From Candidatus Pacearchaeota archaeon (GTDB taxonomy: Archaea; Nanobdellota; Nanobdellia; Pacearchaeales; GW2011-AR1), in NCBI GenBank assembly GCA_050124795.1, contig JASFEO010000014.1:1-34510 (forward strand): DNA of 34,510 nt, written 5' to 3'. The position numbers and the translations under genes were made by a program. The notes beneath the pieces are model-generated. The model did not search any database, was not told where the DNA came from, and worked only from the letters and a program-made list of their open reading frames with translations. Numbering within the stretch: the first letter of the stretch is position 1; each line of letters starts with the position of its first letter. Of this stretch, positions 1 to 8,298 are shown piece by piece.

Positions 1-1722
1 AATTTCTTTTGGTGTTCCCTTTGCCACAATTTCTCCGCCGTGAATCCCTGCGTATTTGCCAATGTCAACAACATAATCTGCTTTTCTGATTGTGTCCTCG
101 TCGTGCTCAACAACAATTAAAGTATTTTCTAAATCTCTTAACTTAAATAAAGTTTCAATTAATCTATTATTATCCCGTTGATGCAAACCAATTGAAGGCT
201 CATCCAAAACATACATGACGCCTGTTAAGTTTGAACCAATCTGTGTTGCCAATCTAATTCTCTGTGCTTCTCCTCCTGACAAAGTTCCTGCGCTCCTCGA
301 CAAAGTTAAATAACCCAATCCAACATTATTCAAAAACCCGAGTCTCTCCCGAATCTCTTTTAAAATCTGCCGCGCAATTTCTTCTTCTTTCTCAGTCAAA
401 CTTAAATCATTAAAAAATGAAATTGCTTTTTTTATTGGCATATCAGTAACATCAATTATAGATTTTCCATTAATTTTTACTGCGAGAATTTTTTGCTTTA
501 ATCTTTTCCCGTCGCAAACAAGGCACGGAGTTATCCTCATGAATTTTTCCAGGAACTTTTTTCTGTAACTTGATTCAGTTGACTTGAATAATCTTTCAGA
601 TTGCGGGATTACTCCTTCCCAGCCGTTTTCAAAATTCATGTTCGCACCAGTTGACCACTTGCCTTTAATTTCCTCATCTGTTCCATTTAATAAAACATCA
701 AGCTGCTTTTTTGAGAAATTTTTTATTGGAGTGTATAAATCAAAACCAAACTTTTTTCCAATTGTTTGAAACTGCTGAGCTCTCCATGACAAATCAATCT
801 TTCCATAAATTGCCAAGGCACCGTCAATAATGCTCAGATTTTTATCAGGAATAATTAAGTCAGAATCAAAATGCATTTTTATCCCAAGACCATGGCAGGC
901 TTCACACGCACCAAAAGGAGAATTAAAAGAAAACATCCTCGGCTGCAATTCTTCAAAAGCAATCCCGCATTTTGGGCAAGTCATTTTTCCTGAATAAAGT
1001 TTTTCTCGTTTGTCCTGCAAAACAATAATTAAACCATCTGACTTTATCACAGCATTTTCAACAGCCTCAATTAATCTTGACTTGTCTTTAATGTTAAGGC
1101 GGTCAATCACAACATCAATGTCATGCTTTTTGTATCTGTCCAGTTCAATTTCTTTTTCCTCGTCAGTTCTGAAAATTTCTTTATTAACTCTGACACGCAA
1201 GTATCCTTCTTTATTTAAGTCCTTAAACAATTGTTCATAAGTTCCTTTTTTTTGTCTCACAATCGGCGACAAAATTGTAACCTCCCCTTCAAAATCTTCA
1301 CTAATCCTTTTTGCGATTCTCTCAGGCGACTGGGCTTCAATTTTTTCACCGTGGATCGGGCAATAAGGTATTCCAATTCTTGCAAATAATAATCTTAAGT
1401 AATCATAAATTTCAGTAACTGTGCCGACTGTTGAACGCGGATTTTTCGAAGTTGTTTTTTGCTCAATTGAAATTGCAGGACTTAAACCTTCAATAGAATC
1501 AACATCAGGCTTATTCATTAAACCTAAAAACTGCCGAGCATAACTTGACAAACTCTCAACATACCGACGCTGACCTTCTGCATAAAGTGTATCAAAAGCT
1601 AAAGTTGATTTTCCTGAACCTGAAACACCAGTTAAAACGATTAATTTATCTTTTGGCAAAACCAAGTTTATGTTTTTCAGATTATGCTCTCTTGCGCCTT
1701 TGATAATAATTTCTTTACTCAT
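1..1722 (-). CDS. uvrA: Excinuclease ABC subunit A (5' part; runs off window start)
   Basis: Not in the ORF track; manual translation from ATG at 1722 gives MSKEIIIKGAREHNLKN..GVSGSGKSTLAFDTLYAEGQRRYVES..NPRSTVGT, Zn fingers (CPKC, CEACHGLG), LSGGEAQRIRLA signature and LDEPSIGLH Walker B. Confidence 0.97.
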   Translation of the reverse strand, partial: MSKEIIIKGAREHNLKNINLVLPKDKLIVLTGVSGSGKSTLAFDTLYAEGQRRYVESLSSYARQFLGLMNKPDVDSIEGLSPAISIEQKTTSKNPRSTVGTVTEIYDYLRLLFARIGIPYCPIHGEKIEAQSPERIAKRISEDFEGEVTILSPIVRQKKGTYEQLFKDLNKEGYLRVRVNKEIFRTDEEKEIELDRYKKHDIDVVIDRLNIKDKSRLIEAVENAVIKSDGLIIVLQDKREKLYSGKMTCPKCGIAFEELQPRMFSFNSPFGACEACHGLGIKMHFDSDLIIPDKNLSIIDGALAIYGKIDLSWRAQQFQTIGKKFGFDLYTPIKNFSKKQLDVLLNGTDEEIKGKWSTGANMNFENGWEGVIPQSERLFKSTESSYRKKFLEKFMRITPCLVCDGKRLKQKILAVKINGKSIIDVTDMPIKKAISFFNDLSLTEKEEEIARQILKEIRERLGFLNNVGLGYLTLSRSAGTLSGGEAQRIRLATQIGSNLTGVMYVLDEPSIGLHQRDNNRLIETLFKLRDLENTLIVVEHDEDTIRKADYVVDIGKYAGIHGGEIVAKGTPKEI

Positions 1723-1795
1723 TTGAAATTTAAATTAATAAGAATTTAATGTAGAAAAATTAAAATACTTTGGGTTTTAAATTTTTCGGGTTTTG

Positions 1796-2293
1796 CTAGA
1801 GCAACTTTTTTTCATTCATATATTCTTCTCTTAATTCCATCCAAATTTTCCCTAAAAGATTTTTCCCATCTTTATTTTTGCCCCAGCCCCATATTTCATC
1901 CCTCCAAGAATCTTCAATTATTTCCCTTTCACCCGATTGAAGCAATTTTTTTAAGATATAGGGATGTTGATCTATTTTATTCTTTAAGATACTTTTCATT
2001 ATATGTATTTTATTTTTCTCCCATTCCAAATCAACTTTGTCTTTGTTTTTCATAGCGAGTTTTTGTGCCTCGTGCGCAGATTTAGCTTTTTTTATCTCCT
2101 CAAAAATTTTAGGGTTTGCTTTAATAAATTTCATTGCCTGATATGCATGCTCTGAAGTTGGAAAAACAAATCCATTATATTCTATTTGAAATGAGGAAAA
2201 ATTATCAAAGACATAAAATTCCTTTGGATAAAAAAATATCTTATCTTCCGCTCCTGGCTTGTTTATCCGATCATGCGTTATTTTATCTTCCAT
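1796..2293 (-). CDS. NADAR/YbiA family protein
   Basis: FDNFS..FPTSEHAYQAMKF..K.DQH..L..SG.REIIEDS..D.IWG.G..G.N.LG.IWMELR motifs; start trimmed to MEDKITH (2293) because the longer ORF overlaps the tRNA. Confidence 0.88.
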   Translation of the reverse strand: MEDKITHDRINKPGAEDKIFFYPKEFYVFDNFSSFQIEYNGFVFPTSEHAYQAMKFIKANPKIFEEIKKAKSAHEAQKLAMKNKDKVDLEWEKNKIHIMKSILKNKIDQHPYILKKLLQSGEREIIEDSWRDEIWGWGKNKDGKNLLGKIWMELREEYMNEKKLL

Positions 2294-2302
2294 TTTCAAG
2301 AA

Positions 2303-2373
2303 TGGGCGCGGAGAGAATCGAACTCCCTTCTCGCGGGCTGGAGCCGCGTATAATACCAGTATACTACGCACCC
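2303..2373 (-). tRNA. tRNA-Trp (CCA), no intron, 3' CCA not encoded
   Basis: GGGTGCG/CGCGCCC acceptor stem, CGCGG-CT[CCA]GC-CCGCG anticodon arm, GGGAG-TTCGATT-CTCTC T arm, discriminator A; TTTAAAAA box upstream. Confidence 0.95.
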
Positions 2374-2415
2374 TTAATATCTCAAGAAATATCTAATTTT
2401 TAAATTTACTTATTC

Positions 2416-2550
2416 CTAATGCCCATCACAAACAATTATATTCTCATACTTTGCGCATCTTCCACCTGATTTTTTATCTTCTTTCTTTTTGTTTCCTTTC
2501 TTTTTCTTTTTTTGAAAAATTTTACTAAACTCTTTTTTTATTTTTTCCAT
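2416..2550 (-). CDS. Small basic hypothetical protein (44 aa)
   Basis: Manual translation MEKIKKEFSKIFQKKKKKGNKKKEDKKSGGRCAKYENIIVCDGH; fills the gap and has a TTTATA box upstream. Confidence 0.4.
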   Translation of the reverse strand: MEKIKKEFSKIFQKKKKKGNKKKEDKKSGGRCAKYENIIVCDGH

Positions 2551-2622
2551 TTTATATCTAAAACATCATAAGATATAAATCTTTTGTTTTAGAAATATAC
2601 TGGTTATGCATAAAGGATTATC

Positions 2623-3303
2623 TCACCCAATCCTCAAAATCTCTTTAATCTCTTCCTCAGTAATTGAACAACCTTTGAATTTAACTGCCCACAAAAGTGC
2701 GTCAAGAGTTTTTTCTCCGTCGAGTTTCATAATTCCTTTTTTGTGAATAACATAAACTAATTCTGAAGAGCGAATAAATCTAAAACCCCTGAAAAATTTA
2801 AAATCATCAGAAGTTGTTTTTATTTTAATATGGAGTTTTTGCTCAAGAAGTTTTTTTAAGTTCTCAGGTTTCTCCCCCAACAATCTCGTTGTTCTCTCAT
2901 CAACTGCCACAACATGAATAATTTTTTTCTCTGTTAATATCCTCGACAATGCAAGACACGATGCCTCACCTGAATCAATTATATGAACAGGCTTTCCGCG
3001 CGAAGAATAAATATTATTTGCATTCTCAAGAAATTCATTTGTTTTATTCACAACCTCATCTTTTGAAACCCCGACTGAATCAGGCAGTTCAAGAATTTTT
3101 TTATTCAATAATTCCCTTATCCTTAATCCCTCAAGTTCAAACCGCCTTATTTTAATTGGCTTGTCAACAACCTCATTTTTCACTTCCTCAGTTATAAGAA
3201 ATTTTCCATTAAAAATTTTTTTCAATTTTTCTAATTCTGCAAAAAGCCCATTCATTGAAAAACTAATCAAAGTTCCAGCGTCAAAGATTATTGCTTTTGT
3301 CAT
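2623..3303 (-). CDS. PIN-domain protein (DUF3368/COG2405-like)
   Basis: IIFDAGTLI, ITEEVKNE, IDSGEASCLAL and VAVDERTTR provide the PIN acidic tetrad. Confidence 0.7.
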   Translation of the reverse strand: MTKAIIFDAGTLISFSMNGLFAELEKLKKIFNGKFLITEEVKNEVVDKPIKIRRFELEGLRIRELLNKKILELPDSVGVSKDEVVNKTNEFLENANNIYSSRGKPVHIIDSGEASCLALSRILTEKKIIHVVAVDERTTRLLGEKPENLKKLLEQKLHIKIKTTSDDFKFFRGFRFIRSSELVYVIHKKGIMKLDGEKTLDALLWAVKFKGCSITEEEIKEILRIG

Positions 3304-3755
3304 TTCACCTTTTTCTCCATTTCGTAATGAGTTACTTTAAATCCAAGTTTTTCATAAAGTTTTTGAGCAACTTTGTTTTTCAGATTTACCCCCAGAAGCA
3401 AACTTCCAATTTTCTTTTTCTTTAAGAGTTTATTAAACTCATTCATAAATTTTGCCGCAAGACCTCGCCTTCGGCAATTTTTTAAAATAAAAATATCATC
3501 AAGATAACAATTATTTCTTGAATAAATATTCTTAATTAAAGTTGCAATCAGGAATCCGATTTTTTCCCCATCATCTTCAAGGAACAATAAGATCCTTTTT
3601 TTATTATTTTCTAAGATTTCATTAAATTCTTTTTTTATCTGGACTTCTTTTAACAAGAATTTCCTGTTCATCATTTTAGAATACTCTTTGTCCCATTCTT
3701 TTCTTAGACAAATAAAATCTTTCAAATCCTTTTTTGTTGCTTTTCTTATTTTCAT
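3300..3755 (-). CDS. GNAT family acetyltransferase
   Basis: MKIRKAT..D start, YLDDIFI..CRRRGLA (R-x-x-G-x-A), LGV..N..AQKLYEKLGF; GGGGGA SD-like sequence before ATG 3755. Confidence 0.85.
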   Translation of the reverse strand: MKIRKATKKDLKDFICLRKEWDKEYSKMMNRKFLLKEVQIKKEFNEILENNKKRILLFLEDDGEKIGFLIATLIKNIYSRNNCYLDDIFILKNCRRRGLAAKFMNEFNKLLKKKKIGSLLLGVNLKNKVAQKLYEKLGFKVTHYEMEKKVK

Positions 3756-3764
3756 AATCCCCCC

Positions 3765-3785
3765 AAATTTGCCAAAGGCAAATTT
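3765..3785. repeat. Perfect 9-bp inverted repeat AAATTTGCC-AAA-GGCAAATTT
   Basis: Seen directly; occupies most of the spacer between the upstream gene stop and the GNAT SD. Confidence 0.6.
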
Positions 3786-4344
3786 ACTCAAACATCCCCA
3801 TTGCCAATTTAATTCTGTCTTTAACATCAACTGTTTTTGTAATTGGAACATCTGAAACTTGTTTTTCACCTGCATAATTTGCTAACTCAAATATACTTAT
3901 TCCAAGAAGCCGGGCAGTTTTTTCCATGCTTATTCCATGCTCATGAATTTTCAAAGCCTTGTTTATCGACGCTTTTCTAAAAACATCCTGAATATATTTT
4001 TTCAAATTCCCAGACAACTTATCAATCGTCCTCCTGATTAATTCAATATTTTGTTTTAATTTTTTTTCATCATTTTTCTTAATTGCTTTTATTGACTCAT
4101 CAATGCAAGAAACTATTATATTGTAAAAATTATTCCATCCAGGATAATCGCGATATTCCTGTCTCTCGAGAATTTTACTCAAAGAGTAAATTATCACTGC
4201 AATTGCAATGTTGTCAGGGTCCTGTGTTCTCGACGCTGTATTGTTTGTCTGGTTGCTTAATTCTTTTAATTTGATTAAATCAGATTTTTTTATTGCTAAT
4301 TTCACTTCCTGAAAAATCCTTAATATATTCTCTTTTTCCTGCAT
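3784..4344 (-). CDS. Hypothetical protein with C-terminal UPF0175/COG2886-like HTH
   Basis: Helical N-terminus; GISMEKTARLLGISIFEL HTH-like segment. Confidence 0.55.
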   Translation of the reverse strand: MQEKENILRIFQEVKLAIKKSDLIKLKELSNQTNNTASRTQDPDNIAIAVIIYSLSKILERQEYRDYPGWNNFYNIIVSCIDESIKAIKKNDEKKLKQNIELIRRTIDKLSGNLKKYIQDVFRKASINKALKIHEHGISMEKTARLLGISIFELANYAGEKQVSDVPITKTVDVKDRIKLAMGMFE

Positions 4345-4409
4345 CCCAAAAAAAGATAAAAGAAGTTAATAAATGTTAACTTTTTATATACAAATTATTT
4401 TAACTAATT

Positions 4410-5282
4410 ATGAAAACTGTTTGCACGCATGACGGAAGATTTCACACAGATGAAGTTTTTGCAATTGCAATCTTGAAGATTTTCTATAAAGAAATAAAAA
4501 TAATAAGAACAAGGGATGAAAAAGTGTTTAGAAAAACTGACTTAAGAGTAGATATTGGCAGAAGTTATAATGCAAAAACAGGAGACTTTGACCATCATCA
4601 AAATGAATTTAATTTAATGAGAAAAAACAAAATCCCTTATGCTTCAGCAGGATTAATTTGGAAACATTTTGGAAAAAAATTAGTAAATTCAGAAAAAGCA
4701 TTTAATTATATAGACGAAAAACTGATTCAGCCGATTGATGCCATAGATTCAGGAGTGGATATAACATTAAAGGAAATTATCTCTAATTATGGGATTGGGG
4801 AGATTACAAATTCCTTTCTTCCAGTATGGTACGAAGAAAAAAATTATGATAAATCATTTAAGCAGGTTTTAGGATTTGCAAGTGACTTATTGAAAAGAGA
4901 AATTAAATTAGCAAATGGAATTGAGAAAGCAGAGGAGATTGTCAAAAAAGCGATTTCAAAATCAAAGAATAAAGATTATATCATCTTAGAAAAAAATGTT
5001 CCTTGGCGAAAATATGTTATTGAAAATACAAAAATTAAATTTGTAGTAGAGCCAAATTCAGGTGGGTTTTGGAGTGTTTATACAGTAAGAACTAAGATAA
5101 ATAATTTTGAAGACAGGAAATCATTTCCAAAAAAATGGGCAGATTTACAAAAAGAAAAATTAGTAAAAGTTACAGGAGTTGAAGATGCCATGTTTTGCCA
5201 TAAAGATCTTTTCACTGCGGTTGCAAAATCGCGTGAAGGCGCAATTAAACTAGCAGAACTTGCAATTAAAAATAAAAATTAA
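4410..5282 (+). CDS. MYG1 family (UPF0160) metal-dependent hydrolase/exonuclease
   Basis: THDGRFHTDE, IRTRD, VDIG..Y..FDHHQ, ASAGLIWKHFG, IDAIDSG, R..FP..W, FCH motifs. Confidence 0.92.
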   Translation: MKTVCTHDGRFHTDEVFAIAILKIFYKEIKIIRTRDEKVFRKTDLRVDIGRSYNAKTGDFDHHQNEFNLMRKNKIPYASAGLIWKHFGKKLVNSEKAFNYIDEKLIQPIDAIDSGVDITLKEIISNYGIGEITNSFLPVWYEEKNYDKSFKQVLGFASDLLKREIKLANGIEKAEEIVKKAISKSKNKDYIILEKNVPWRKYVIENTKIKFVVEPNSGGFWSVYTVRTKINNFEDRKSFPKKWADLQKEKLVKVTGVEDAMFCHKDLFTAVAKSREGAIKLAELAIKNKN

Positions 5283-5283
5283 A

Positions 5284-5625
5284 ATGAAAGAATTTATCCT
5301 TGACACAAGTTTTATTGTCTCATGCGTGAAAAACAAAATTGATTTTTTTGAAGAATTGATTGGAGAAAAAATAATAATCCCAAAACAGGTAATTGAAGAA
5401 CTCAAAAGAATTAAAGAATCTAATTCAGAACTTGCATTAAAAATTTTAAAATTAAATTCATTTAAAAAAATTGACTTGGGAAAAGGTCATGTTGATAAAT
5501 TATTAATTAAGTACGCAAGAGAAAATCCAAAAGTTATTGTTGCAACTTTAGATAGAGAAATAAAAAATAAATTGAAAAATTATAAACTCATAATAAGAGG
5601 AAAAAAGAAACTTGAGATTTTATAG
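5284..5625 (+). CDS. PIN domain protein, Fcf1/Utp24-like
   Basis: ILDTSFI, V.EEL, VD..L, VATLDRE; canonical position upstream of rpoE1. Confidence 0.85.
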   Translation: MKEFILDTSFIVSCVKNKIDFFEELIGEKIIIPKQVIEELKRIKESNSELALKILKLNSFKKIDLGKGHVDKLLIKYARENPKVIVATLDREIKNKLKNYKLIIRGKKKLEIL

Positions 5626-5667
5626 TAACAACAAGTTTTAAAAACCAAATTTTATTCTAATTTTAAA

Positions 5668-6267
5668 ATGTTTTATCTAACAATTGTTGAAGACCATGTA
5701 AGAGTTGAGCCAAAGCTGTTCGGGCTTCCTACTGACGAGGCTGTTGACAGGCAATTGCGGGAAACTTACAAAGAACATTATGACAAAGAACTCGGTCAGG
5801 TCGTCTCAATTGTCGAGGTTTTGAAAATCAATGAAGGAGTAATTATCCCTGGTGACGGGGCAGCGTATTACAGATGCACATTTAAACTTCTTGTTTGGAA
5901 ACCAGAGTTGCAGGAATTGACTTACGGAATTATTTCAGAGATTACAAGTTTCGGTGCATTTATCGACATGGGTGTTATGAAAGGAATGATTCACATCTCG
6001 CAAACAATGGATGACTATGTTAGTTTTTCAAAAGCAAATTCACTCTTAGGGAAATCCTCAAAGCGAAGTTTAAAACAGGGCGACTTAGTAATGGCAAGAG
6101 TTGTTTCAATTTCTCACAAAGGAGACGAACCAAAAATTGGTCTCACCATGAGACAGCCCGGACTTGGAAAACTTGATTGGATAAAAGAAGATGCAGCAAA
6201 AAAGAAAAAAGCAGAAGAAAAAGCATTAAAGGCTGAAAATGCAAAAGCAAAAGGAGGGAAGAAATAA
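5668..6267 (+). CDS. rpoE1: DNA-directed RNA polymerase subunit Rpo7 (E')
   Basis: VRVEP..FG, GVIIPGDGAAY, S1 domain FGAFIDMG..GMIHISQ, KIGLTMRQPGLGKLDW. Confidence 0.96.
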   Translation: MFYLTIVEDHVRVEPKLFGLPTDEAVDRQLRETYKEHYDKELGQVVSIVEVLKINEGVIIPGDGAAYYRCTFKLLVWKPELQELTYGIISEITSFGAFIDMGVMKGMIHISQTMDDYVSFSKANSLLGKSSKRSLKQGDLVMARVVSISHKGDEPKIGLTMRQPGLGKLDWIKEDAAKKKKAEEKALKAENAKAKGGKK

Positions 6268-6527
6268 TGGCACAACCATTAGAAAAGACTGGGGAAGAAC
6301 CAAAAAGAATACAAAAACTCTCAAGAATGTGGGGGGGTAAGGAGACTGGACATCTAATTAGGACAAAACAAAGTTATGCAGTTATAACTGAATCACATAT
6401 GAATATATTACAAGTTTATGATACAGAACATAATTTTATTGATGGCTGTTGCTTAAGTGATTCTATTGAAGCATTAAAATTACGTGCACAAAGTTCTTTA
6501 TTTAAGAGGAGGGAATATAGATGGTAA
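6267..6527 (+). CDS. Hypothetical protein inserted in rpoE1-spt4 junction
   Basis: TAATG coupling to rpoE1, AGGAGG SD; no family recognised. Confidence 0.55.
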   Translation: MAQPLEKTGEEPKRIQKLSRMWGGKETGHLIRTKQSYAVITESHMNILQVYDTEHNFIDGCCLSDSIEALKLRAQSSLFKRREYRW

Positions 6528-6838
6528 AACAAAAAAATAAAATTATTGATTCAGCAAAAGATTTGGGTATTTTTGCAAAAACATTTTTTGATTATGCAGT
6601 TGATACTAGTTTTAATTATTTATGTGATACTAAAGTTTCTTCGTTTTTTTCTTTATCTCAAAAAAAAGATAAACTAATTAATAAATTAGATCAAGCTATT
6701 TCCTTTGAGCAAGAAGGAGAGATGGTTTATAGATTAGCAAGAATTTGTAATTCAGTAGAATATGCTAAAGCAGGAAGAAGGAGAATTAATAGAGGAAGAG
6801 AATTAAAAAGAATGGTTTATACTGGGAGGATTAATTAA
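6521..6838 (+). CDS. Hypothetical protein inserted in rpoE1-spt4 junction
   Basis: GAGGAGG SD; first 15 nt identical to the start of spt4. Confidence 0.55.
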   Translation: MVKQKNKIIDSAKDLGIFAKTFFDYAVDTSFNYLCDTKVSSFFSLSQKKDKLINKLDQAISFEQEGEMVYRLARICNSVEYAKAGRRRINRGRELKRMVYTGRIN

Positions 6839-6839
6839 A

Positions 6840-7028
6840 ATGGTAAAACAAAAAGCATGCAAAATCTGCAATAAAATTTATACAACTGCAGAATGCCCTA
6901 ATTGCGGCGCCAAAGAATCAACTGAAACTGTGAAAGGCAGAATTTATATCCGCGATTCTGAAAAATCTGAAATTGCAAAAAAACTAAATCTAAAAGGCAA
7001 AGGAAATTTTGCAATAAAAACAAGATAA
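6840..7028 (+). CDS. spt4: Transcription elongation factor Spt4 (RpoE'')
   Basis: KACKIC..ECPNCG..G.I.I.D.EKSEIAKKL..G.FAIK. Confidence 0.93.
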   Translation: MVKQKACKICNKIYTTAECPNCGAKESTETVKGRIYIRDSEKSEIAKKLNLKGKGNFAIKTR

Positions 7029-7450
7029 TGGAATTTAAAATAATTAGTGATGTTGAAAATAAATTATTTAACCGTCGTGAAATTGAAGGAGAAGTCATTT
7101 CAGATTCTGCTCCAAAAAGAGAAGATGTTGCAAAAATAGTTTCAGAAAAAGTTAAAGTTTCTGAGGACTCAATAAAAATAAAAACAATCCAGGCAAAATT
7201 CGGTTCGCGCATTTTTGTGGTTGTTGTAAATGTTTATGATTCTCCTGAAGATAAAAACAAAATTGAAAGAAAGACAAAAAAAGAAAAAGAGTTAGAAGAA
7301 AAAAGAAAAAAGGCAATTGAAGAAACACAAGCTGAAGAAAGCAAAGAATCTGAACCAATCCCTGAACAGCAAACTGGCGAGGACAAAGTTATTGAAGAAA
7401 CTAAAACTGAAGAGAAAAAAGAAGAAGTTAAGGAGGAGAAAAATGAATAA
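7028..7450 (+). CDS. rps24e: 30S ribosomal protein S24e with charged C-terminal extension
   Basis: ENKLFNRREI, P.RE.V, I..KFG, VYDS; operon context. Confidence 0.88.
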   Translation: MEFKIISDVENKLFNRREIEGEVISDSAPKREDVAKIVSEKVKVSEDSIKIKTIQAKFGSRIFVVVVNVYDSPEDKNKIERKTKKEKELEEKRKKAIEETQAEESKESEPIPEQQTGEDKVIEETKTEEKKEEVKEEKNE

Positions 7451-7712
7451 TTACGCAATGAATTCAAAAGAAGTTGTTTATGGGGCGGGGCTAATAGGAA
7501 CTGTAGCATTCGCAAAGATGGCATGTTCTCCGAGGAAAAAACCAGATTACCTTAAGAAACAAATAAGGGGGGGGTTTCATCTTGGTCTTGGGAGAATGAT
7601 TGGTTCTATGAAATTAGTTAAGTCGGGGATTAGAAAAATTCATGAAGGCAAAAGAGAGGAAAGAATCGCTATGAATAATTTTGAAAGAGAAGTCTTAGCA
7701 GGAACTACATAA
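7443..7712 (+). CDS. Hypothetical protein inserted between rps24e and rps27ae
   Basis: ATG overlaps the rps24e end, GGAGG SD; short hydrophobic segment near the N-terminus. Confidence 0.5.
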   Translation: MNNYAMNSKEVVYGAGLIGTVAFAKMACSPRKKPDYLKKQIRGGFHLGLGRMIGSMKLVKSGIRKIHEGKREERIAMNNFEREVLAGTT

Positions 7713-7713
7713 A

Positions 7714-7950
7714 ATGGCAAAAAAGAAAAAAGTCAAAAAGGGAAAAAAACCGCACAAGAACAAGACAACTAGCAAGAAATATACAAAGTATAAAATCGAA
7801 GGTGATAAAGTTGCTCGTGAGAGATTTTGTCCTCGATGCGGACCAGGAGTTTTTTTATTAAACTCTAAAGGAAGACTCTATTGCGGAAAATGTCATTATT
7901 CTGAATTTGCCGGCAAAGCAAAAGAAGAAAAAGTTGAAGAGAAAAAATAA
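7714..7950 (+). CDS. rps27ae: 30S ribosomal protein S27ae (eS31)
   Basis: [12 protein letters not shown]...[11 protein letters not shown]. Confidence 0.95.
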   Translation: MAKKKKVKKGKKPHKNKTTSKKYTKYKIEGDKVARERFCPRCGPGVFLLNSKGRLYCGKCHYSEFAGKAKEEKVEEKK

Positions 7951-7951
7951 A

Positions 7952-8233
7952 TTAACTTTTTGTTTTTTTAAGAGAATATAATAATTCTTTAACATGGTTT
8001 TGGCATTCAACAAATGGATCTTTATCTGATCCTGAACCACTATCATAAGAAGAATCTTTTACGATTCTATTTACTTTTTCATACCTTTTTATTGCAGAGA
8101 TAAAATCAATTCCTGTTGTTGCAGTCCATTTCGACAATTGAACTCCCCCGATACTTTCTTCTAATCTATTCACACAAAGTTTATATTCCTCTAAAATCCC
8201 CTTTCTTCTTGCTTCTTCATTTATTTTATACAT
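7952..8233 (-). CDS. Hypothetical protein
   Basis: 93-aa ORF with TTTAAA box upstream; no family recognised. Confidence 0.55.
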   Translation of the reverse strand: MYKINEEARRKGILEEYKLCVNRLEESIGGVQLSKWTATTGIDFISAIKRYEKVNRIVKDSSYDSGSGSDKDPFVECQNHVKELLYSLKKTKS

Positions 8234-8298
8234 TCTTTTTTTAAAAATTTATCCTTTAAATATATTTATCTTTTTTAAAATATATTTTGAAATTCTTT

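Noticed and set aside
2294-2403. ORF-track N-terminal extension of NADAR and plus-strand ORF 2134-2403
   Set aside because: Both overlap the tRNA-Trp; the latter is also antisense to NADAR
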